A DNA stretch of 63,189 bases, filler included, from Octopus bimaculoides (GCF_001194135.2; 4 parts of 3 records of this genome joined end to end with filler, not necessarily neighbours in it); one strand, 5' to 3'. Shown: positions 24,271-37,329, counted from the whole stretch's first letter. Made by a program: numbers and translations. Notes: generated by a model not told the origin, from the sequence alone.

Positions 24271-25519
24271 AAAATATAAGTGTATATGTGTGTAAATATA
24301 TACGTATATATATAAATCCAAAAGATATATCTATACATACACAGGTATATCTATACATAGGTGAAAGATCTTCAGCGAAGTAAATCCAAACGGGATAGTA
24401 TGGTAGAAACTTCGATTATATACGTGTGTGTGTATATATATATACATACATACATGCTCACACATTCGCGTGTGTAAAAATATGTATTACACACAACTTA
24501 GAAATTTTGGTAATTTTTTCTTTCAATTGGGTTCGGTTCTGGTTTAGTTCTTTGATCAGCTTCAATCCAATCCAAACATGATCAAAAAACCTCCGGCCAC
24601 GACCATCTTATCTGTATGACTATCTTAGAGACATTATCCGAAATGTTATTCATAGTGTTAAGACAAAGTGAGATCTTAAGACATATGGCTGCTATTGCTA
24701 GCAGTCAACTCACCGCGTGGAGGCTCCCTTCGTTTTCCCCCCAAATTACGGAGGTAAAATAAAAATGAATAGCTTATATGTGGACTTAGGACCTCCAAAA
24801 GATATATCCATACACACAAATGTATTTCATACATTATATACATACACATAATATACAGTATGTGATTATCATGTATATATACTTTAAATTATACTTATTA
24901 ATTTATATACATATTCAGGGACCCATGTTTATACATTCACACATGCATTATACGAATATATATTTCGTATATATACACATGTATTTAAAAATATATATAT
25001 ATATATATACATTACATACATAAACGTATTTCTTTAATATGCATATATTCCCTATATGTATATAAAAATATATATTACGAAATATTACAAACAATACATG
25101 CAAATATATATTGTGTATGTATAAATATATATATTATACAAAGACGTATATAATATGTATATATATTATATTTATGCATATATGTAATATATTTTATATT
25201 TATACAAGTATGGATGTATAGATATAGTGAACAATGAGCGGTAGTATATCTATACAATAGAGACATATAGATACTAGAATGTTCTATGGTGGCATTTGAA
25301 AAAAAAAAAAAGACGCAGCAGAGAAGCGTCTTGAATCAGCAGAGAAAAAAAACGGCTTTAATTTGAGGAAAACCCACAATTAGATTAATAATATGGTCAC
25401 TATTTCAACAAAAAAGGAGACTTGCGAAACTATTCAGTGAAACTTCAGGGCGGACAAAAAGTGTGAATAAATAAAAAAAATAAAGTTTGCTTGGGAAGCC
25501 CGGTGGACCTCATACTTAC

Positions 25520-25536
25520 ACTGTGGTATTCGCCAT
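25520..25536 (-). CDS. PTGES3: p23/PTGES3 coding exon 1 (MANTT+GT)
   Basis: Minus strand reads AAAA-ATG GCG AAT ACC ACA GT|gtaagt: strong start context and consensus donor. Its phase 2 matches the next exon (GT+T=Val) and completes a 465-nt ORF. Confidence 0.8.
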
Positions 25537-25615
25537 TTTTCTCTTAACTAATGTGATACCATGTGCGGAATAGTCACTGCTGCACGTGCTTATACACTTC
25601 AACTTCCTGCTTCGG
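25537..25615 (-). promoter_or_regulatory. Putative p23 5'UTR/core promoter
   Basis: Directly upstream of the ATG. Contains a YY1-like CGCCATTTT overlapping the start, an E-box CACGTG and an ETS-like ACTTCCTG. Confidence 0.45.
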
Positions 25616-26989
25616 TAATTGATAATTTATATTATTTAAAATTTTAAAAAAAGGGAAGAAAAAGTCGGAACCTTTCAAAATAAGTGTTAAAAAAAATAAA
25701 ATGAAGAAAAAAATTTAGGAATTAATATTTACTTCAATTATTTGATGTTTGCTTTAAAATTTTTTAAAGACGTGTTTCTCACCCATACACACATGTAGAA
25801 AACACACACATATATATAAACACATACTTACATACATATATGTAAATAGTAAGTAGATTTTAATGAATTATGAATTTTTATTTATTTTTTGCGTACTTCA
25901 TTAAATAAATTGCCATCTACTCCGAATTATAAATGTGCGCGTGTGCGCGCAGAGAGAAAGAAAGAGAGTTAACTAGTTTCAAAGAATATTAACCAATGAG
26001 ATTCAGTATCATCCGTTACTCCTTGACACGGTTGATTCGTATGTCAGTGGAATGTAAGTTAGATTTATTTTCACATTAGGCTTCGTCTACATATAACTAT
26101 ATATATGTGTGTGAGAGAGAGAGAGCTGTGAATTATTTATAATTTAATGTAAAAAAAATTATCTATCATTCCTCGCTTTATTTTTTGCTCTATATATCAT
26201 TATACTCTATTAAAGAAACAATTTCTCCCTTCCTCGAAACGCCCATCATAAACTCAGTTGTTGAAAACAAAGGTAGAAATGTCACTTTGACCATGAACTT
26301 TCTACCCCTATACAGCATCCTAGATCTGATTGGAATTATAAATAGAAAACTTTACGCCACTAACGAAGACAGTGCTTCGGCTTGGCCATGACCGTAAAGC
26401 CTAAAACAATCTGAAGGGCTATGAACAAGGCGGGTACAATTGATATATTTTCATTGTCGAATGAATAATTACCTTTAAAATCTGAAATACGAAGACACTC
26501 GCTTCTTAAAGGTATATCTTTTAGTGGAAGATAAAATACTTGCAATCACAAATGCAGTTTTAACTAAAAAGAAAAACCTTTACGCAAAAGTGTTCTTATT
26601 TAACCCTAGGTTAGCCCTAATAGAGCAAACCTATGATCAGAAACAATCACTTACCTGGCAAGTACACTTCCGAAACATCTAGAACTATATTTATTTCTCG
26701 TATTCTAAGATGTTCTGTGTCATGAGGGTTGGTGTATCTAACTGTTTGAGCAACCTTATAGGGGTGGGGTCATTCGTTGGCTAGTGTTGGGTTTTGGGTT
26801 TTTAATCAAGAATAATAATGTGGGTAGAATGTCTTCTCTTAAAATATATACGACCCAAGAAACAAATATCTGGCGAAAGTAAAGAATACGCGAACCCGGT
26901 GTTTAGGGTTAAGGTTTTTGTTACGCCGAAAACAGGTGGTGTGCGTATTCTTTACCTCCACCCAAATATCTGTTTCAGTATTGGAAGGA

Positions 26990-27084
26990 AGTACTTTGAT
27001 AAGTCTTCGGTAAAGTGGCCAGTTTAAGCGGAGGACTTGCTCCGCAAAATCCTGGCGAAAAAGGTTTCACTTTCATCGACATTG
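26990..27084 (+). other. Candidate non-coding first exon of the DUSP19-like gene
   Basis: Unique CpG-containing stretch ending in ATTG|gtatgt. The ATG exon at 29778 starts with an acceptor, so an upstream exon is required. The 5' end is a guess. Confidence 0.35.
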
Positions 27085-27902
27085 GTATGTTACAGGAGTT
27101 CACATCAATGGAACTATTCATTGTACAACAAGTGCAAATAGCTGATTACTCCATACACATAATAGTAACCTTATTGTAATCCTCAAATAGAATCGTTGTG
27201 ACACCCACTTATTCAGTATTCTGCACTCGTGAACCCTGAAGTGGAATCAGTTGACATTGTTAAATGACTGAGTACTCTGTAGCTACCTATTTAGCTGGTC
27301 TTTCGCTATTAATTCGTCATTGATTGTATGCAGCATTAGATAAGCTACGTGTGAAGACGAAAATGACCACACTAAATTTTGTTTGGCTTTTCATACATAT
27401 ATTTATTAATGCACAAAGTTTATATTTACACCTGTTCAAATATTTGATTTGATGGAACAACGTTCATGGAATAGTTATAAGTTTTCTGTTATACAATATG
27501 CTCGATAATATCATGAAAGTAGTTCATAGTTACTGAAGATAGAATGAGTAAAAAGAATTTGCAACTACTACATGAAAATAACGTGTGCATGTGTAGGATT
27601 CAACATTACAAATCTAAGACCAAGATGTTTTGTTGAACCCAACACAGGCATGTTAAGTAAGAAAAAGCAGAAATAGGCAAGAGACCATCTCACTGAGCAA
27701 ACCAATATAGCTTTATGTGAACTGCTGGATGGCTCTGGTCTGGGGTTGAATTCACCAGCTTTTTATAACTGTAAGGAAAAGTTTCTAGAACTTTTGTTAA
27801 AGCTGTTTAATAGGAAAATTCACACACCTCCCTTGAAGTTCACCACATCAGCAGTAATAAATCATCATCATAGTTATCATCATAGTAATAAGTCATCATC
27901 AT

Positions 27903-28519
27903 AGTTATCATTAAGCTAGTGTTAGGAACATAAATTGTGACTAAGGTTTGGTGGAAGATTTTCATTCAAAACTTATGAAAACAAAACATTTGTAGTACAG
28001 ATCCAGAGGCAGTTTCAGCTGAGTTGGTATCAAAAGGGTTAAAAATATCATGGTGACTTTAGCCCTTTTATCACTATATTTCTGTTAAGATTCTCTGTTT
28101 CTTTCAATTAATTTTAAATATAACAAAGAATTTAGTAAAATAACTTAGTTATCATTCAGCTAGTGTTAGGAACATAAATTGTGACTAAGGTTTGGTGGAA
28201 GATTTTAATTCAAAACTTATGAAAAAAAAAGACATTTGTACTACAGAGCCAGAGGTGGTTTCAGCCAGGTTGGTATCGAAAGGGTTAAACATTAATCCCT
28301 TAGCATTCAAATTACCCTATCAAATGTAATGCTTATTTATTCACATTGTTTTAAATTAATCATGCATTATCTTGTAGCTTTAAGATTTCAATTATTTGAT
28401 TGCTTATTTTTAGAATGGTATTGTAGGGTAGGTGTGTGAGGCCAAATCTGGCCAGTTTGTACATAAAGCAGGTAGAATATTTCGGCCTGATATGGCCAAT
28501 TTAAATGCTAAAGAGTTAA
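27903..28519. mobile_element. Cluster of three TTAA-type MITEs (family 1 partial, family 1, family 2 inverted)
   Basis: Ends at 28039-42, 28285-88 and 28516-19 are all (g)ggttaa/gagttaa; bodies match 3740 and 8105. Confidence 0.8.
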
Positions 28520-28539
28520 TGTAATCTTCAATGTACACC

Positions 28540-29010
28540 ATGGAAGATACCAGGTTGCTATCTGACATACCCATTAAAATCTCCAGCCACAAAGATGAGA
28601 TCATTGTCACTCATCTTTGAGGTAGCCTGCAGAAGAATATCATAAAAGTGATCTTCTGTTCACTTGATAGGCCCGCTTGTGGGGCATAGGCAGAGATAAT
28701 TGTTGCTATACCATTCTGCAAGACTAGCCTCAGTTTAAGTACTCTATCACACACCCTCACTACCTCTATGTCCTTATCCACCCATTTCTCTTCCCACACC
28801 CCCTATTCCATCACTGTTACCTTCCAGAAGAGTTTATACCTATGTGCTTTGCCTGTGAGGACTCTGGCTGAAGCTCCTCTCCACCTTACCTCTTGTATGC
28901 AACATAAATCAACACGTCTCCGTTCAAGCATCTCTACAATTTCACTAGACCTACCTTTCAATGTGCCGACATTTACTGTACCAACTCTGAAAACTGGGAA
29001 AGAGATATGA
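28540..29010 (-). mobile_element. RTE LINE AP-endonuclease fragment
   Basis: TVNVGTLKGRSSEIVEMLERRRVDLCCIQEVRWRG...IISAYAPQAGL. Confidence 0.88.
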
Positions 29011-29454
29011 GAGGTAACACAGCACCTGAAAAGAAGGTTCCCATGATTGTTTGGTAACAGAAGTCATAATAGTTGTTCTTGCTTTTAACCTACCATCATT
29101 CAAACATGTTAGAATTGTTAAGGTTGTTGCCTCTACTGGTGGGTGGGAGTAAGGAAGTGTTGTATATGAAAGTGTTTGGAGCATTAATTGTCTTTCTGTT
29201 GTAATTGCTAATTTATTTTGGACATTATATTGTTCATGTAAGAATGAGATTGGTATCTACAACTATCTACCTACCCTTTTCTTTGAGAGAATGAAGTCTA
29301 TCTGTTTGTTTGCCTGATCAGGTGGCTGGCCTGTTTTGTTAAGCTCATGTTGCTTCAGGCGGTTCCGATCCAGGAGCCATGATTCTTTCGTCATTCCTCT
29401 TACCATAGCTTCAGCCAACATATACTCCAGAGAACGCTTCCTGATATTAGTTTC

Positions 29455-29725
29455 AAAACTCCTTGTAACACCAAAGATGAACTGAAGGCAAGGATTATGG
29501 CAGCATTCACCAATTTAAATGAGGAAACCGTACAGAAGAGTTGCAGGAGATTCCAAAGTTGTGTGGAGGCTGTGGTTGAAGCCAATGGCAATTTTATTGA
29601 ATAAATTTACTCTTTAGTATTTCAAGATATTTTTATGTAATTTTGGTAAATATATGTTAGAATAAGATGTTAGTGTTATTTTCATTTTTGCGTAATTTAA
29701 ATGATAATTTATTCACCTCACCCTG

Positions 29726-29727
<2 letters not shown>
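29455..29727 (+). mobile_element. Tc1/mariner 3' remnant, same family as 358-818
   Basis: aaaactccttgtaacaccaaag...ttattcacctcaccctg-ta. Confidence 0.78.
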
Positions 29728-29756
<29 letters not shown>

Positions 29757-29778
29757 GTTTGTAAATGCCTTTTTCAGA

Positions 29779-30007
29779 ATGGCTCAAAATCTTACCAAGC
29801 TTCATTCTGAACTACGGAAGTTCCAGAAAGATGAACTAAAAAAGACAGAGACTCGAATCACAACTCCAGGTGGTCAAATATACACAGAAAACAAAGATGC
29901 AGCTGGACGTTTGACCACAACTTTGACAAATCGTGGGCGGTTGGGGTTTGTTGGAGATTTAAGAGCTGACCTTCAAGTTGGAGAAATACGGAAAGGTCTC
30001 GTTTTAG
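29779..30007 (+). CDS. DUSP19: DUSP19-like dual-specificity phosphatase, first coding exon (MAQNLTKLHSELRKFQKDELKKTETRITTPGG...GFVGDLRADLQVGEIRKGLVL-G)
   Basis: ttttcag|A-ATG acceptor and TAG|gtaagc donor. Recognised resemblance to the DUSP19 N-terminus ([35 protein letters not shown]). Catalytic exons are not seen in the window. Confidence 0.85.
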
Positions 30008-30329
30008 GTAAGCTTCGTAGTTTTCATATTTGTTGATCATGTTTCTATATTTTGTACTGTCTGCAATGTTGTTGTTCTTGTTATTTAACCCTAGGTAGCC
30101 ATCATCTCATCATCATAATTTTAATGGAGTTTAAAGAACACTTTTTGAGGGGTTTCACGAAGTCAAAGTGGCTGAGTTCCTTTCGAGCGTTGGGCCTCAT
30201 GGAGGCAAAGTGGTTAACTTCCTTTCGAGTGTTGGGCTGCACAGAGACAATGACCAAGACCTTTGGCATTATGTCATGCTTTGAGAAGAAGATCCGGGAA
30301 GCCAAGCAAAATCACAGTCGTGGCAGACA

Positions 30330-30545
30330 CTGGTATCACACAAAGACACCAGTGTCACACAAATTGCACGTAAAAACACCCATTGCACTCTTTGAGTGGT
30401 TGGTGTTAGGAAGGGCATCCAGCCACAGAAACCATGCCAAATCAGACTGGAGTCTGGTGTAGCCTTCCAGCGTGCCAGCCCTGGTCAAACTGTCCAACCC
30501 ATTCCAGCATGGACAACAGATGCTAAATGATAATGATGATGATAC
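30330..30545 (+). mobile_element. RTE 3'-tail copy
   Basis: gagtggttggtgttaggaagggcatccagc...gatgatgat. Confidence 0.7.
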
Positions 30546-30681
30546 AGAGTCTCCCCAAAAAATGTATACACACTTCAGGAAAGGAAACATCTGTATAAAT
30601 ATTTAACTTGTAGAAATACTCCTATAAATATAAATACCTCTTTCAATGTTTTATCGAACTGCAATAATACAATATATATAT

Positions 30682-30781
30682 NNNNNNNNNNNNNNNNNNN
30701 NNNNNNNNNNNNNNNNNNNNNNNNNTTAATTAATTAANNNNNNNNNNNNNNNNNNNNNNNNNNNNNNNNNNNNNNNNNNNN
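30682..30781. other. Assembly linker N44-TTAATTAATTAA-N44
   Basis: Exactly 100 bp; the core has stops in all six frames; identical at 43531 and 58402. Confidence 0.95.
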
Positions 30782-30840
30782 AGGGGGGGTTGACGATGAA
30801 GGGGGAAGGGGAAGGTGGGTATAGGAGGGGGGAGAAAGAG

Positions 30841-31252
30841 AGGAAGAGAAATAGAGTGAGAGAGAAGAGAGTGAGAGTGAGAGAGAGGGAAAGAGAGAGA
30901 GTAAGAGAGAGAGAGAAAGAGAGAGAGAGAAAGAGAGAAAAGAGTGAGAGAGAGTAAGAGAGTAAGGGTGAGAGAAGGGAGAGTAAGAGAGAAGAGAGTG
31001 AGAGAGAGTAAGAGAGAGGAGAGAAAGAGTAGGAGTGTAGAGAAGTAGGAGTGAAGAGAAGTAGGAGTGAAGAGAAGTAGGAATGAAGAGAAGTAGGAAT
31101 GAAGAGAGGTAGGAGTGAAGAGAAGTAGGAGTGAAGAGAGGTGAAGAGACGTACAGAGAAGTAGGAGTCGGAGCAGGAGAGGGAGGGGAGGGGAGGAGAG
31201 GAGAGGAGATGGGAGGAGAGGAGAGAGGAGAGATGGGTGGTAGGAGGGAGGG
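30841..31252. repeat. Purine-rich (GA)n and 16-bp GAAGAGAAGTAGGAGT minisatellite
   Basis: Seen directly; runs into an N gap. Confidence 0.85.
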
Positions 31253-32015
31253 NNNNNNNNNNNNNNNNNNNNNNNNNNNNNNNNNNNNNNNNNNNNNNNN
31301 NNNNNNNNNNNNNNNNNNNNNNNNNNNNNNNNNNNNNNNNNNNNNNNNNNNNNNNNNNNNNNNNNNNNNNNNNNNNNNNNNNNNNNNNNNNNNNNNNNNN
31401 NNNNNNNNNNNNNNNNNNNNNNNNNNNNNNNNNNNNNNNNNNNNNNNNNNNNNNNNNNNNNNNNNNNNNNNNNNNNNNNNNNNNNNNNNNNNNNNNNNNN
31501 NNNNNNNNNNNNNNNNNNNNNNNNNNNNNNNNNNNNNNNNNNNNNNNNNNNNNNNNNNNNNNNNNNNNNNNNNNNNNNNNNNNNNNNNNNNNNNNNNNNN
31601 NNNNNNNNNNNNNNNNNNNNNNNNNNNNNNNNNNNNNNNNNNNNNNNNNNNNNNNNNNNNNNNNNNNNNNNNNNNNNNNNNNNNNNNNNNNNNNNNNNNN
31701 NNNNNNNNNNNNNNNNNNNNNNNNNNNNNNNNNNNNNNNNNNNNNNNNNNNNNNNNNNNNNNNNNNNNNNNNNNNNNNNNNNNNNNNNNNNNNNNNNNNN
31801 NNNNNNNNNNNNNNNNNNNNNNNNNNNNNNNNNNNNNNNNNNNNNNNNNNNNNNNNNNNNNNNNNNNNNNNNNNNNNNNNNNNNNNNNNNNNNNNNNNNN
31901 NNNNNNNNNNNNNNNNNNNNNTGTGTGTGTGTGTGTTTGCGTGTATGTGTGTGTGTAAAATCAAAAGATAGATATTTTAAACATATTTCATGTGGTATTT
32001 TTAAATATTTCACGT

Positions 32016-32226
32016 GCTGAGGTAGCAGAATCGCCAGCACGCTAGGCATTATGCTTAGCGGCATTTCGTCCGTCTTTACGTTCTGAGTTCAAATTCCGCC
32101 GAGATTGACTTTGCCTTTAATTCTTATGGGGTCGATAAAATGAATACTAGTTACATACTGAGGTTGATCTAATCGACTGACTCCTAACCCGAAATTGCTG
32201 TCCTTGTGCCAAAATTTGAAATCAAT
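32016..32226 (+). mobile_element. SINE group A
   Basis: gcagaatcgccagcacgctagg...gagttcaaattccgccgag. Confidence 0.75.
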
Positions 32227-32403
32227 ATCATATGTGGTATTTTGAGACTCCACTAAGATGAAGTTTGCCCTTCATTTTTCAGGGTTCAATCAAATAAAGT
32301 GGTAGTCAAATACTAGAATCAACATGACCGGCTATTCCCCACTTTTGTATTTGAAATCTTGTGTCTATGCAAGAAATCAAGAATATCTACATCTTCTATA
32401 CCC

Positions 32404-32482
32404 GTCTTCCAGTTGTCCTCGGCTTCCAGTTTTGTCTTCCAGTTGTCCTCGGCTTCCAGTTTTGTCTTCCAGTTGTCTTCGG
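32404..32482. repeat. 30-bp tandem repeat, about 2.6 units
   Basis: gtcttccagttgtcctcggcttccagtttt repeated. Confidence 0.85.
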
Positions 32483-33059
32483 CTATCTTATTCCTAGCTC
32501 TATACAATTAGGTTTGAACTTGGAATCTTTCTACAATAAAGGTAATAATACTCTATCTTATTCATTTCATATGAGGATGAAGATATAAGATGTGAATCAA
32601 TTTCTCTGATCCTTTCAAAGGAATTCATTAAATATCGCGTTTTAACCATTTTTGTAACTCTTTAAATTTCTTGTATTCTGTTTATATCTCTATCTATCAC
32701 TATGTTTAGGACGAGAACTTAAGTTATATTTTTGTTGATGTACTGCAGCCAGAGTACTGGAGATAAGCTTCTGCTAATTCGGTAAATATATCCAGTTTTG
32801 ATTGTCTACCTAATTAAACTTATAATCAGCATAAAATGCCATGCCCGCCCTCTCTAGCAGTGTTTCTCATAGGGGTGCAAGCCCCAGGAGAGGGCGGCGT
32901 GAATTAAAGTGAGGTGAAGAAAATTCATAAAATTAATTTTGAACTTTCAAACTTCTCCATTAGCAGAGCGAATAAAGAATAATATAGATGAAGGCTTCTG
33001 TTTTCCTATTAATAATTTCTTTTACTTGAGGCACATGACCCAAAATACTTTTGCAGGGT

Positions 33060-33225
33060 GCGTCGGGTGGAGAGCTAGTTCTTCAATGGTACTTCATTTT
33101 ATTCCTAGAAGAATGAATGGAAAAGTTGACTCTGGTGGGATTTCAACTCAGAACGTAAAATGTCGGTAGAAATGTCACAAAGCAATTTTTCCGATGCTCT
33201 AACGATTCTGCCAACACTCCAACAT
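33060..33225 (-). mobile_element. SINE group A, partial
   Basis: aaagttgactctggtgggatttcaactcagaacgtaaa...ctaacgattctgcca. Confidence 0.6.
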
Positions 33226-34644
33226 GCGGAGAAAAAACAAAAATTTTAACCGGTATTGAAGCGGGAGATAATATTTCTGAACTTGAAGACCATCGTATCA
33301 TTGGGTTTTGAGTGCAGTTAAACAAGAGAAAATGGATGAATTCGTTCAACCTGATAGAAATTGCTGCTAAACCTCCCTCGAAATAAACCCTGCCGGATGA
33401 ATTAGATAATTAGTTCTACATGCAAATATTTGGAAACAAAAAGTAGAATTGTTTTGAACGATCATATGTATGCTCCTTTGGTTGCATAGGACTAGTACGA
33501 CGACAACAAGAACAGGAAGAACAACTCAATATATTTGCTAAATTTCCGAGAAATTTTCCGTCGTGTCCGTCTCTGGAATCGGATCAGATTGAATTGTGAC
33601 GCTTTATACGGCTTATAATACAGCTTAGACTATTCTAAGCGATATCCATTGTCGACCGCCACTAATTCTTCGGTGAATTAATTTAATTCAACCATAGCAT
33701 TTATAACAAATTCACCCGCAAAAACACACGCATACAGGCATTAAAATACATATATGCTCATTCAAAAAAAAAAAAAGAATCAAAAATTTAAAAAAAGAGA
33801 AGAAAAAAAAACTGCTTGTCACATTTTACTCGTTGTCAAACGGTATTGCATAATGTGAGTAAACATTATGTCAAGAAAACAACAACAAACAAACGAGCGA
33901 TCAAGCAAACAAACAAACAAATGGAAACACTTAAATGTTCGGCTAATGTCAGTCAGAAACCGGAAGCTGGCTTGAAACGCATGCGGATTAAAAACAAAAT
34001 AAAACGGAGGCCGATTTAAGCGTTAAATTAATGACGGGAGGCGGACATTTTGTTAAATCTTTCATCGTTAATTCTGATTTCCACAGTTTCTCTTTACAAC
34101 ATAACATGTTTGAAGGTTTGTAGGAGGAAGTGAACAAATGAAAGAGGGGAAATAAATATGTAAAGCTCTCACACACGAACACACAGATATATATTCAAGC
34201 ATAGACACACATACACACAGATACACATTCATACACAAACACAAATGCACAAAAATATACATTCATACATAAACATGTGTACAGAACAGATATAAATTCA
34301 AGCATAGACACACAAAGAGACTCTCGTAAGTTCACATGCACACACAGACAATAACGCACATACACATAAATCTAGAAACAAAGCTGAGAAAAAAGCAATA
34401 AAAAGAAACTAAAAGATCGACAGAATCATTTAGCTATGGATGGAAATGAATTTTACATCCCCACCCACATGCATACACACACATTAACCTTACAGATACA
34501 CGTACATAAAACCATAAATAGAGATAGACAGAACTGCATACACACGCACGCATGCAAACAAGCACACACATACAAACACCGTTATGTGCGCGCGTACACA
34601 ATCGCAGATACGCACACATACAAATACAAACACATATAGACACT

Positions 34645-34679
<35 letters not shown>

Positions 34680-35748
34680 ACACACACAAACACACATAAA
34701 TACACGTTACATATATAAAAAAATACACCTCTCGATCAATTTCTTTCTCTCTCTTTCGTTACGTTACACATATATTTAAATACATGATATATATACACAC
34801 GTTACATACACACTTAAAATACATACAAAGCTGGGAACATATATATTCATATATATGCACATATATGCATACATGCACACATACACGCATCCTATTTTGC
34901 AATACAAACACACCCACACACATATATATATACACATTAATACACATGCTTGTCTATACATATTACATGTATATATATATAATATATACATACACGCTTT
35001 TATGCAATACTTCCATATATATGTACATATATATACATGTTAATATATAATACATCCGTATATAGATACATGCTGACATGTATATATACACAGATATGTA
35101 GAATAAATTGTCATGAGAAATAGTGATACATATGAAAGACTAGAGGAAGTCACCTACTTTAATTGTACAGAGATTTAATATGGCCGATATATTAGCTGTT
35201 ATTCAATATGGCCGACATATTTGCTGCTATTCAATAAATTTTTAAAAAAAGACAGTTAAATCTTTTTCCCTACCTCTTTAAACCAAGGAACCAACTGCTT
35301 CCCCTCCCTTACAATAGCTGTAATTTTTGTTGAAACGACTTACTCCAGTTTAACTATGGCAAGGATATCTAAAATGAGTTAAAGTTCTAAAGAAATACAT
35401 TGAGTATATTAACGCACTCTATGCTATAAACTGCTATTGTTCTTGGCTCTACTCTGTCAGAACTAATCTGGAACAAAACAATAGCAACAACGACAACTAA
35501 CTGAATTCAGTCTGGGAGTCTATTCAAATTGGTAAGAGAGCTAGTAAATGGTTTCTCGGTTTGTTCGATATTGCAGCCGCACCTCTCACAACAAACACAC
35601 AACCGTCGTCTATAAAAATAAAACCGAAATGCAAAGGCACTGCAGAAATGGACTATGATGACGCTTCCACGTTGTCTGTAATTGACCTATTAAAAATAGT
35701 AGCAAAACCACGCCCTAAAAAGGAAAATACGTTAAATAGAGTAATACC

Positions 35749-35918
35749 CAGGGCCGTTTTAGTAGCATTACTGGACCACTGGTAAATCAATGCACTGGGC
35801 CTCATAGAAATGACTTATTTACAGCAAGCCACATCATACATAGATTAGAATTGGGCCCCTGAACCCGTGAGGGCCTCTGGACAAATGCCCAGTGTGCCCA
35901 TACCTTAAAACGGCACTA
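35749..35918. mobile_element. hAT-type MITE
   Basis: TIRs CAGGGCCGTTTTA / TAAAACGGCACTA; flanking 8-mers GTAATACC and GCAATACT (6 of 8 match, TSD-like). Confidence 0.7.
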
Positions 35919-36449
35919 GCAATACTAGTTACATCACGTCTACAAAAATACACAATAATCGCTTCTAGAATGTCTTTGTTCATTTGTCTGTTCGATCAAG
36001 AAGATTGATCTTCGATTAAACAACAACAACCACGATCACCACCATATGATCAAAACGGTAGGGTCTTTAAATTGGATGTCTCCATGTTAGAAAAGAAAGA
36101 TATACTCTCATTTGCAATCGAGGGTAGATATACACATGCATACACGCAGTAGAAGACACATATTCAATATGCCGCCCAAAGCGTTCGAACCCTGAAGCAG
36201 GTGACAACAAAACGAACTTCTTAGCCACGCAGCCATACCTGTGTCTGTGTACGTCGCATCAGACATAAACGGACAAGATTCTCTAGTCTAAAAGCGTGAA
36301 AATAAACACGTTTATATAAATAGTTGTATGAATGCGTGTGTTTCTATGCGTCTATCAGTGTACAGGCAAATGTCAAATTGCTATTTAATTGAGCATTTCA
36401 TTAAATATAGGAACCAGCTTTTCATACTCTCATATCATACACATTTAAA

Positions 36450-36480
<31 letters not shown>

Positions 36481-36591
36481 CCTATGTATGTATGTATGTA
36501 TGCATGTATGTATGTATGCTTGTTTGTATGTACATGTGTATGTGCGTAGTATGACAGCGTACGATGTAATATACACATACATACATATATA

Positions 36592-36688
<97 letters not shown>

Positions 36689-37277
36689 NNNNNNNNNNNN
36701 NNNNNNNNNNNNNNNNNNNNNNNNNNNNNNNNNNNNNNNNNNNNNNNNNNNNNNNNNNNNNNNNNNNNNNNNNNNNNNNNNNNNNNNNNNNNNNNNNNNN
36801 NNNNNNNNNNNNNNNNNNNNNNNNNNNNNNNNNNNNNNNNNNNNNNNNNNNNNNNNNNNNNNNNNNNNNNNNNNNNNNNNNNNNNNNNNNNNNNNNNNNN
36901 NNNNNNNNNNNNNNNNNNNNNNNNNNNNNNNNNNNNNNNNNNNNNNNNNNNNNNNNNNNNNNNNNNNNNNNNNNNNNNNNNNNNNNNNNNNNNNNNNNNN
37001 NNNNNNNNNNNNNNNNNNNNNNNNNNNNNNNNNNNNNNNNNNNNNNNNNNNNNNNNNNNNNNNNNNNNNNNNNNNNNNNNNNNNNNNNNNNNNNNNNNNN
37101 NNNNNNNNNNNNNNNNNNNNNNNNNNNNNNNNNNNNNNNNNNNNNNNNNNNNNNNNNNNNNNNNNNNNNNNNNNNNNNNNNNNNNNNNNNNNNNNNNNNN
37201 NNNNNNNNNNNNNNNNNNNNNNNNNNNNNNNNNNNNNNNNNNNNNNNNNNNNNNNNNNNNNNNNNNNNNNNNNNNNN

Positions 37278-37329
<52 letters not shown>

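Noticed and set aside
6504-25519. Intronic C/D-box snoRNAs in p23
   Set aside because: A manual scan found no sense-strand C box/D box pair with a terminal stem outside repeats; H/ACA types cannot be excluded by eye.
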